A DNA stretch of 64,000 nucleotides from Tubiluchus corallicola (taxonomy: Eukaryota; Animalia; Priapulida). The first letter of the stretch is position 1, and every line of letters starts with the position of its first letter. A program made the position numbers and the translations under genes. Below the pieces are notes generated by a model. That model did not search any database. It was not told where the DNA came from and worked only from the letters and a program-made list of their open reading frames with translations. Location: contig JAQGDQ010000053.1 of assembly GCA_030141605.1 (NCBI GenBank), positions 124,001 to 188,000 of the forward strand, given 5' to 3'. Below are positions 50,901 to 62,900 of the stretch, one piece after another.

Positions 50901-53900
50901 TACGCGAACTTGCTACAATTTATAAATGCACAAAGTTGCAGTCAACACACCATGCCAACCATTATTATTAACTCTATTTCTAAAAGCACTTGTGTCTGGA
51001 AAATTGAAAAGCTTATCAAATGTGCAGGTTACTATGGTATTGTTTTAGGGGTGTGTGTGCATGAATGATGCCTACCACTTACCCAACACTCCTTTACTGG
51101 TTGCTATATTAGGTAGCCAGAATAACAAAAATGTAATAAACATGTAGCTGCTTCATAAGTGTTTAGATACAAAGCCTATTATGCAGTTTACAGTTAGTAC
51201 AATTTTTACAATAAGAAGTGTTTGTGTTTTTCATGGACAGGTTTTGACTATTTAGTATTTAGTACTGTTTCTTCTGCTGCAGGTAAGTAATTGCATTATC
51301 TGTAAGAAAAACTCAACGTGATAGGCAATTCACCTGCATGATGAAGCTACAATCTTCTCTTATACCACGATGTCTTATAAATACTAATGATTTATTAACA
51401 TATTGATTTTACAAGGTAGTAAATGGAAACACATGGCTATAACAATTAATACAGTAATGAATAAAAAAGGGTGTATTTTTAATTAGTAAAAACCACTTGA
51501 AAAATAAATTTAATTGGTTAAAAAGTAACAACATTAAAACAATCAGCGGTGAATCAAAAATAATAATCAAGAATAGCATTAGATGTTTGTACACAAGGAC
51601 AACATGCTGGACACAAGCTTGCATCAAGCATTTGTAAAATATTGCATAGCAACTAATTCTATTTTTCACTTTCTTCAAAGAAGACTGACATTTTTATTAA
51701 ATAGACATTAAACATGCATACTCCCAGAAAGATAAATTTGTGGTTTGTAGGGAAAAACAAGAATTCTGTATGTTCCCTCAAAACAGCAAGTACGAGGTGA
51801 ACCTTTATAATCCAGCTAATAACAACTGTTCTCTTTTGGTTAATACATTATTGAAAAAATTACTTTTCAAAGTGGGCTGGCACTTCCAGAAATGAGTTTC
51901 AACAGATGTGTTATTTTCACTTGCATACATACCTTTTATGTCAGTCTTTTAAAAGGCAAAATAAAACTACGTATAATTAATAATAGTGAGAGTTTTTGTT
52001 GTTTCTACTGTATATTTATGTTTTTTAATTTTTTCATATCTATGGTATGCAGAATAAAAAATCATGGTGAAAATACCATGAATGTGTAAACTGTACTGTG
52101 TACAACAAAGAAAGCAAAGCTTTAAGTTAAAAATATAGAAACAGACCCAACATTTTGTCACATAGCCTATGGTTTAGTCCTACTACCAGTATAATTTTAA
52201 AAACAGAAATGCACGAAGAAAAACAATTCATATTTCGTACAAACAAAATGTGTATGAAAATCTACTGCCAATCATATCTAGTCAGACTTGATTAGATATG
52301 TCAGGAGAGACTATATGAAGCCCAGCATCAGCACCAAGCCAATTCTATTAACTCCTTCCTAATCCATCATCACCATGGCAACCAATTTTAGCCAAATTTA
52401 CTGGAATAACTGGAATAACGGTTATAGATTTACACAATTTGCGCAGACATTGGAAAGGAGACAGTAAAACCAATGCACCAAAGTTAGCATTTATTGTGGA
52501 ACAGGAATGGTGCATTTGCAAGCATTAAATAAATAAATGGTTACATGACCATTGCATTAAAAAACCTCTATTTTTGTCATTATACAATACAGCTGCAAAT
52601 GTTGACAAAACCTGGCATAGTTTACGTTAGCTAGATGTACCTAAAAAATTCAAAGGACCAAATTCCTCTAGGATAACCTCATCCAAAAATAAGCATATAG
52701 TGGTTTTTACTTTTACAGCACCCCATGCAGGCTAAACATATCATGCGCATCATAAATATAAAGCAAACTGCTAGGACAGTAAAGATTGCAATATATAGCT
52801 CTGCTCCTAACACACTGTCGACTGCAGACTTGTACTTGTTAAAAACATTTGGGATTAGTAAGCAAATAAATAATGAAAGACAAATAAAACAGAATAACTT
52901 AATATTTATTGGCAAATGATTGCATGGCAATGAATGGTGTTTAATGGGAATTTATTAATAGAATGCATTCTAGTCTCAGTTTCTATAAAATGCTTGATCA
53001 TTCTTACCTAATCATAATCAAATTCAATACAGAAACAGAAGCTAAAGTTTACAGTGACACACTCCGTGAAAGAAATCAAGAATTATGGGTTATAAACAGA
53101 TGATACAAAAGTTTAAAAACTTGATAACACCTGACTGTAGTATTCACACAATTACTGAGTTCACAATACTATATAAATGCACAAAAAATGCTTTTATTAG
53201 GACATTTGAAAGAATAACTTGAAACCAATCACAAACAAATGTCACTGCAATGTTGTAAGCAAATGCCTGTATGAAAAAATTAAGCTTGTTTAAAGTAAAA
53301 CATTACTTTTTATAGTGCAGTAAAGCCTCGACTGCACTACGTAACTATGTAAATGCGTGGAGATAAGTTTAAGAGGCAAATTTCAATAAAATTTAGAATG
53401 AATAAAAAGTTTTGTTAGTTTTATAGCTTATATTTATATATTATATCTTTATTAGAAAGGAAAGTAACTATTTCTAGTAAATAGAACTGCAGTAGCTACA
53501 AGATCTGTATATATGTAAAGGTACAGTGATTTTTTAAATGCAGCTATTTTAACAAACTTCAAATTTCAAACTGACAAATTGTAACCAGTGTCCTCACTGA
53601 AACAGTTTTGGAAATTGCCCTCATAGCTACCAGTTCTGTAACTCTGCCTGTCTCTCTCTCTTCATTTCTCTGGCTTTAAACCATCTTAAAGTCCTTATCG
53701 ATGTTACGAATTAACTCCTCTGTTTTGCTCCAGCGACCATATACTTACTGAGAGTGTTGTTCAGACAATGCAAATGTAAATATATTGATGAATGAAGATA
53801 GCTATCCTACTGTATGTAATCTAATGATGGATTTTCTCTATACAAGCGTTTGGCAAGAAATCATACCAAATGTCTCAACATTAGCATGTACCCGTGTGAC

Positions 53901-56900
53901 TTTAACTTTGGTTAGTTGTGAATACAATAAACAAAATTAACTTTTTAAAATAAGGCCAACAAGTTGTTATTAAAAACAGACATTCCTAATTAAGTAAAAA
54001 ACGTTGGCAAAAGTTCATTGTCACTACAACTATTGTCAAGTGAGCTTTTTACTGTACACGGTTAATTCAGAGATACATAGAGTTAAGTGAAAGACTATTG
54101 TGCAAAAGCTAAGTATTGTAAAGTGGCTAAATAGCAACAAAAAATTAACTAGTCTACCTCAAATTAAGAAAGTAGTACAATTTCCTTTAGCGATTATAGA
54201 TTATCAATGGGTGATGCTGCCCATTAATAACAATATTTGAGTTGTGGTAACTAAAGTAACGACTTTGATTACCGAATGCTAAAACATGCAAATCACAGAA
54301 GGCTGATAAATTAGTGCTATAATTGAAACTGAGAGTAAATGCAGCATATTACTTACAAAGTCTTCTATGCCACAATTTATGATGCTTTATCTCACTTTTG
54401 TAAACTGCAAAACACACTAATGGAGCTTATTTGTCATAATTATAGAAGCAGAAAGTGGAATCTGTCAGCAATTTGTTCGCAGCCAGCAAATGATAAAGCA
54501 GCATTAAAGTGTAGCACAAACTTTGTGCAATATGATTGTAATGGCTTTAGCCTGGGCTCAACTTGGTGCAGTGCCATGAACGTGTTTATTTTGTTGATAC
54601 CTGCAACTAGTTGTTGAAAAACGTCCACAAAGGGAAACAGCAAGACTGAAATAGTTACATACATAAAGTATAGGAATGACTTAATACTGTGGTAAAAAGG
54701 GAATAACTGCTGACATGAATTCTGTGAAAATCAATGTCGTATCGAGACTCAATTTGACTAAACGTTTTTCTTTCAATGACTCTCAGAATAAATCAGTTTA
54801 TTTTTCGGAAATAAAAAAAAACATGGTCAATGGATTACAGATTCTTACTGTAAAATCAGGTCAGCAGTTTCACACCTAAAACAAATTTGGTTTCATTCTC
54901 AGGGCAAGTAGAATAAAAAGTATTTGTGGAATGCTGATATGTTAAAACTGTTAAGATGTCAAATATTTCAGCTTAAAGTTAATTAAAGGCTGACGAAATA
55001 TCTATACAAAAAAGATTATTGGTGCAACCTAAACTTACATACAAGATCAAATGCTAAAGGGTGGTCACACTACAAACTAATGAAATCCATGCACTATGGA
55101 CACATGTCTAACAACAGATGAACATCATAACACAAAGCAACATAAAAAAAACATGCACCACAAAGAAGAAGCACAATAACACAACCCATTTAAAAAACGA
55201 ATTTGCAAGGCAACAAAACATGAATTTTGACGAAGGTATCAAACGTGGATGGGTTAATTTCGGATAAGCCGCTAAATAAACATACCTGAACCATAAGCTC
55301 TACTACACTGCAAGATGATGTTTAGAGGGGTACTGGGATCCTGCATGCACAGAGACATGGGTGGCTGAAAGTGGCGCAATGACTGCGAATGTCGAACTGC
55401 AACCAGATATTTATTACGTCAGTATCACTGTGTTTCAGAGAAAAGATAACCATTTTACTATTGGGCAACACAACACAGTAGAAGCTCGTGGGATGTTAAG
55501 GTTAACGGAGGATCCAAGATGGATTACTCATCATAACTTTTTAAAATATTCCATCAGTCATTAAACCCTGGACAGTGATTGACAGCGTACTTTTATGTAG
55601 TCGGAGTTTAGGTTCTTAATTTCCGCGCATGTTAATCAGCCACTGAAGTATAAAGTAATTCACCAAAGTGTGCAATCTTCCCTGCACTTTTTCATGGGCG
55701 AAGAGTTCTAAAAGCAATTTTCGTAATCGTTCTCATAAATTATGGAATGTACGATAATAATATTACTGCTGCACAGGAAGAAAAGGTGATGGGGAAAGAT
55801 AAATGCCACATAAGCAAGAATTAGTTAAATACCACAAGTAAAGCTAATCAAGCTGAAAGACTAGGGGGTTTATGCATTACATAGCATAATTAAATAAAAC
55901 ACTTAGGTAAAAAATTAAAACGTTTATAATTTGTTAGCCAACAAATTTGCAAATGATTCCAAGGTTTTTCACCTTCGACCATTTACTTTTGAAATAGTGT
56001 ACCATCTAAAAACACCAAGCAAGAGTTAATCATGAGTAATTATTAACAATAAAAATTTATTTTACAGATTTAGTTATTTATAAGATATTTAAATACCTGG
56101 TTTCAATGCAAGATAATTGATTCAAAAAGCTATTTTAAAGCAGCTATTTCAGTATGCCAGTAAACATTCAGGCTCAATAACATTCTAATTCACTATGCAA
56201 AAAAAATTATCAATCAGTTGTAAACTCTAAGTCATCATTATAAAGATTTTGATTTTTGACTCAGATGTTATTTTACAGTTTAATACAATAACGCTTGTGC
56301 TAGTGTTCACACAGCACAAAATTCTAGATTTTCCCAACAGCTCTCAAAAGAAACAATTTATTCCATATTGGGAAAAAAGCAAAGGCACTGGGTTTATCAA
56401 ATATCAGACCTGGAATACAAAGCTTACAAAAGCAACAATTGAAAGAATATAATTCACAATGTATCGCTAAGATGTCTCTGCTTTGAACATGGAAAAAATC
56501 TGAGTTCTTCAAAATTTGCGAAAAAAATCTTTCCAGCTTTACTTCATTTTATAAACCTCTTTTCTCACCTTGAGGGTTTCTGAGTCCTCAGTAGATATTG
56601 CCATTTTCCATACATTTACTGACATATAAATAGCATAATAAAAACTTTTTGAAAAGCAAATTATTGCATCAATGTTCCAGTATTTAACATCTTTAATCTG
56701 ACTATCCTAAATGCACAGGCATGCTTTGTCGTTAGATATGTTTTGATTGTCATACTAATTAATGTAAATCAAGTAAAAGAAATGCAACCAGTAAAGTATT
56801 ATTTTGCCTGATGGCATAATATTACTAATACAGGTTTTGCATTACGTTTTTTTGGATAATAAACCGTCAACTGCTAAAATGATTTTTTTGACTTGATTTA

Positions 56901-59900
56901 CACATATTTTTACTAGTAATTGTTTCAACATGTGTCAGATACTATTTTGCGTAAGAAACAAATTATAGCTGTCATAACAGATTAACTGCATATGCAACTG
57001 TCTTTGCACAGAATAAGTATCAAGTGACACAAGACATGGACAGTTCCATCAGCCCCTTTAATTACCTTATATTATTGAACTAAAGATTATTACTTCATCA
57101 TAGATGAGTCTTGCTTACAAGAGCACATTAAGAATATATGGTACTGGTCAACTCGTGGCCCTGGCTGGAAAATGAAGAGATATGTACTATTATGGCAACT
57201 GCAAATGAAATTTAAAAAGAGTAAAATCTCAGCTGAGTTCCCTAATCATGTAAGCAAGACTCATCTACATAATAGTACTATATATGCAACAAGGTGCAGC
57301 CTAATCTGCAGTCACATGCAACCTTGACACTCTTACATTTTTGTGATGATATACTTTTCATAAAATAGCACTAAAATGCCTTTCGGCAATATATATATTT
57401 GACAACTGTTTTAGTGCTGCTGCATTCACAAAAGTTTGTCCATTATCACGTTTAAGCACTCTGTATGGTTAATTGTCACAGAATGATTTCAAAGTCACAA
57501 AAAAGAAAAAGCTAGTTTTACTGTGTATTTAAAGTATCAAGATAGCCTGCCACATTTAACAAAAATAAATGTTTAAGAGCTTGTGCCATCTTGCAAAGTA
57601 AGGATTTTGTTACAGTTAACAATGAAACTGATCAACTAAATTGGTTAATCTAAAAATTATTAAAACTGTGAAATTTTGTAATTCCGTATAACATACCTGA
57701 TCCTTCCTCAAAACTTCCTCTTTTTGTTTTACGTTGTCCAAAACCAAGCGTTTTGCGAGCACGAAGAAATCCCAGACTCATGTGACCAGCCGCTTTGAGA
57801 GACAAACGACTGTTCCTACCCTGCATAAGTGACGTGCGACGAGCTAGAGACTCACTCGAAGATTTTGAATCAACGACACGATCTAAAGAATCCTTGTCTT
57901 TGTCATCCTCTTCATGATAAGCTGCTTCATTCTTCACACTCTTCAACCAGCTCACTATGGGATGTAATTTTGCATAAAATGATACGTTGCTTTCGTTTTA
58001 ACATGGTTGCAACATAGCTAACGAAAAAAGTTCTAATCAAATTATTTTACGCTGAAGACCGATGATTTATGCTTTGTTGTAGTATGGCAGTCTCAACCAA
58101 AAAGCATTAAGGACTTGAAGCTCTGCCATTAACCACATTATACTAAAAATTGAAAGCCCATATGAAAGTTTTGATATTTCATTGCAAGTCAAGATAATAA
58201 TTGACATACCGTTTGTGCATAGTTCTTCTAAAACAAAATTTTCCAGCTTTTTTAACGAAGAAATCTTTCAAAATCATTTCAAAATCAATGGTTTTTGCAG
58301 TGTCATTTTCTACAGCATAGCATCACCAAATTATTTAGTCTCTCTTGTGAAATTCTTGACCATAAGTATGTCGGTTGAGAGTGTGAATATCTTCCTCAAA
58401 TTAGCACAATTAAAATCCAGTGATAATCTAACCAGTGCATTTAGGGCTCGCCAATCACTTTTTTTAAAAGATAACTGGCGCCGATAAACTGAATTTACAA
58501 AGCTTATAAACAAGTGATCAGCAAAACCCCTTGAAACAGATTGAATAGTTTCGCTGTCTTCACAGTATCAAGAAACTTTGTTCACACTAGACACTCATTA
58601 GTTGATCAAAATTCATCATATAGCATCCTCCACATGAGCGTGTGTGCGGGGGCCCTCTCTTGGCGAGAGGCCCAATTCGAACAAATCTGTCTAATTGGCT
58701 TAAAACCGGCCTTGCATAGTAGCTGCATGTGTTACGCATAACACATAATAAACATACTTTTCATATCATGTTACATCACCTTGAAAAGTTCAAGTGTCTG
58801 ATTTTGCACAAACTCATCTCAAATCGTTAATCAAGGGATTCAATGAACTGGAGATTGTGGATCAAACATCTGGTTCCGCCAATAAACACAAAATTTGTTC
58901 TAGTGTATTCATTCCCAGGTTTAGGTTTACATTTAGGTTTTCAGGTTTTTTGAAAACTGACACCAATTGTTACCACTCTGAATTCATGATGCCAAACCAA
59001 AAATCTGACTCTGTCAATGAAGGCAGAATTCATTTTAGTTTGTTAATACAAAGTTTCCTGACAATCAATTGCAAGCTGGTGGCATTGTAAGCTTCTTTGA
59101 AAATGTATTCACTGCCACCTTGATTTTGGACCTTAAAAGAAATGTGAAACAATTTGAAAAACTGAGCAGCAATTAAACATTCCAACTCTGATTTAACTGT
59201 TCATTACCCAACTGAAATCTGCTAACTCTACGCTTGGGAGTGTTTGGATTAGACGTGTCCTCTTCTGAGAAACTCGTACGAGGTGCAAGACTCCGATGCC
59301 CTCTAGTGCTCGTAGTAGCATGTGCAGATGACTCTCCCTCAGACTCATCTCCTGTTAAACTGCTGCTACTCAACACCTGGAAGACAACATTGAAATAATT
59401 CTGAAGAAGAACAATCTGAAACCACACAAAACAAATTCTTTTGCTAAGAAACACTTTTCTAAATTCACAAACAGACTAATAAAACCATATATACAAGAAA
59501 TCTCTAAATCAGTCTTTCTGAGTTTCCTTTCTATTTTTGAAATTAATTAATACTACTCAGACCTTTTTGTCTTGAATATGTACTTAAATGAAGTCAGTGA
59601 TCACAAAATGCAGTAGCCCTACCTACAGTCCAGCTAAGTCAATTTTAATAAACATTAAACTCGCATTATTTGCAGGATTCCAAATCTAAGTTTTATTTAT
59701 CAGAATCTTACTGACAACTAGGTCAGCTGCATATGGTATATAAAACTGTGCACAAGTTTAAAGTTTCCAGCTGCTGCAAGTCTTACCACAATCCTAAAAT
59801 CTTAAAATTATTACTTTGCCCAGGCCTCATACCTCCTTTCTATGACATTATTTTCAACCAGTGCTGCCATTCTGCTCGATCAAAATAATCATCTTTTAAT

Positions 59901-62900
59901 CTGAATACGCATTTAAATCCATGCCTCGATACTAACTGTAATGATTGTTTCTACAGCTCGCACAGTAATGAGGTAGTCGTACTACACTGCATGAGGGGGA
60001 GTTGCTACTTACTGGATTTAGTTATGAATAATTTGTAAGGTTTCCACATGAGCTGTGTAGTTTATTGTAGACTTTATTGTTATTATTATAAATTTATACT
60101 GTTACGTTTAGAAGCAGCAACCCACCTTGCATAATGGGTGCAACAAAGCTATGTATTGTGTGTCACTCCCTGAATTTCTTTATTGTTAAAAAGCCAGTTG
60201 CCAAAAGCTGCATTTGGGATTACTTCGATTTAAACCAAGACCCTGGCTACTATAAAGACTTTTACCAACACACCCATCTGCATACAGTGTCAGAAAGACA
60301 TGCAGTTTAACAGCAAACTTATTTCAGCACTTGAGGTACAAACGTCCAGAGATTTATGCAGAGGCAATAAATAATCAAGATGTGCAACAAAGTGAGTGTT
60401 ATCAGAGCAGCTAGCAGTTTACAGTGAGTGTTTTACCATATAACTCCACTTGAGAATGATAGCAAAGAAGCCATAAAATACACAACTGAGGTTACTTTTT
60501 TTATGCCAGGACATGGTACCTATATATGGAGTCAGTAAGCAGGTAAGCAAGGACAACCGAAGGCTATTTAAGAATGATGCCCTTGTCAGTGCTCAGATTG
60601 TGTCAGTCGTACAACAAAAAAATTGCAGTTGTTCAAATTTACGACAATGAGCAACGAAGCGATACAACATCAAACGAAACAAGTTTTGTAATAAGTTTCT
60701 AGTAAAACAAATCTAATATTCTTATTCACTGTAACATTTTATGCTGTAAAAGCTGTACTAAGGTTTAGTTTGACTTTAAGTTGGTATGATATTTTTGGCA
60801 ACTTAATCAGGCATTTCTTTCACCACATGCCTTTGCTAACAAAGTTTCTAATAACTAGGTTTCTGAAACTAAAATTTCAGATTTTTTATTTAAAAAGATT
60901 AAAATTGACCATTTACTTACACCAAAGCAACCATTCTTTCTGAACAAAAACACTGTTTGGATGGACAAAGAAATAATGATTAAGTAGTTAGTGATTATAA
61001 TTTCTAATGTGTCAAAAGCAGACAACACTCAAAAATGGAGAAAGAAATTGAAAAAAATTACCTTATGCACTTTCTTCCTGAACAAAGACTGCCTACTCTT
61101 TCCTTTGTCCTTAGACTTCAATTCTTCTGTTGGTGGAGATTTAGCTCCTACCTCCTGGCTAGCATCGTCTTCTTCAACAGACCTACTCTGCCTATAAACA
61201 TGCAAAATCTGGATCATTTAGTGTGCTCAGTTAAATAACCACATCAACTAAATTTTTAAAAAAAAAAATAAGATGAATGTGAAAAATGTGCAAAAAATAA
61301 GTATAGGGTTTTTTGCCAAAGAACAATTAATCAACTAGTAACTTGAATCTTACTGAACAAATTCTTTTTTTGCTTCCTTTTTCTTTTTTGGCCGATCGAT
61401 TGCATCAAGGAGTCCACTGAGTGCAACTCGTCGAAATGTTCCACCGTGAGCTTCCCGGATATAAATCATCAGTTGACGCACATCACAGTACAGTGCCATA
61501 TTTTCTGGACTTTTCAACTCTCTGAAATTAATAGCTTTTGACTAAAATCCTGTTTAAAAATGGCAAAGCAATAAAACTTTCCGATGTCAGATAATGACCA
61601 AATTACTGAATTTTCGTAATATACAGCACCAGAAGTTTTCTCGTTCTGTTTGAACTTGACGAAAAATTGCAACTAGTCTTGTTTCTCAGTCTTGTACACA
61701 AGTAGTTATAAACATTTTAATTTAATGTACTCACTTGGTTGATCCTGCCAAGCGAGTAAGCAGCCTTTTCAAAGTGCAAGATACTATTCTTCCTTCAATG
61801 CCTTTTGCAGAGCCACCTAATCCACATCCAAAATTTGTAGCATATCCACCCTTCTGATTAGACCCATCTTGAAACATGGAGTTGGTTAGACGCTTTTGAC
61901 CTAACGTTAACAACAAGATTATGTTGAGTTAGATAATCATTTCTGCAAGAAGTTTATTATTCATGCACAACGCCTATCACAAAAGATTTTTTCGGAAATG
62001 ATTTGGATATTTAAAAGTAAAATACCTAATGGAGAGATCACAGAGCAATTTGGATCAAGACAAAAGCCATACAGTGAGTGCTGAAAATCTAGAACTAGTG
62101 GAAGTTGTCGCTTATCAACAAACTCTTGCAGAAATTTGCGAAACTGTGATCCATCTATGCGATGAAGTCTAGTGAATGCGTTCAGCCCTTGAGTCCTTAA
62201 CATCTCCCCGGGTGGTCCACGATGGCCTTCACCACAACCGTGAGGGCAGCCAAGTGATTTGAACACTCTGTTTACAAAAACAATTTTAACACAAATTTGA
62301 AAAGTATTACAGCTGCTTAAAAAATTCTGTGACTAAACTGCATTTTAGTTAAAACATGATTGCAGTATTTCTGCTATAAGTATTTTTGTTTTTAAATCAA
62401 TATAAATGCAAACTAACATACATAACATGCAAACTGGCTGCAACAGAAAAAAAATTGTAACCCCTTAATATAATACCTGATCAGAGTGTCCATACACAAG
62501 TTATGAGCTGTCAAATCTTCCTCATTTTGTGCCTTAGAAGTAGCCAAGTCCTTTGTTATCTTCTCCACATTTTCTTTATTGTTTTCATTCTCTTTTTCCT
62601 CATCTTTTGGAAAGCCAGCTACTCCAACATCGATGAGTATTTCTAGGATACTGAGCACCACTTCACACACTCTTAAAGACCCCTCCCTCATTGAGACTGT
62701 GTGAATTGCCTTCAATACAGCAAAACAATTAATGTCTCCACTTTTTGTTGTGTAGTAAAGTGTGCCTGGAATTTCACAGGCATCTTCTAGACAATATTTA
62801 ATGTTAGTGTCAGTAAGACTGCGAGGCAGAGAAGCCGTTGATCGAGATTGGGTCACTTTATCCCCTCTCCTCTCGTCTGTCTGGCCTTGCACAGAGCTGT

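Noticed and set aside
50242-55564. Many 60-105 aa ORFs on both strands within UNC80 introns
   Set aside because: Composition typical of AT-rich non-coding DNA, with no splice or motif support, apart from the weak candidates listed under findings.
58331-58513. ORF RRQLSFKKSDW as an extra UNC80 exon
   Set aside because: The flanking exons join directly in phase 1; this segment has no in-phase donor and runs into a stop.
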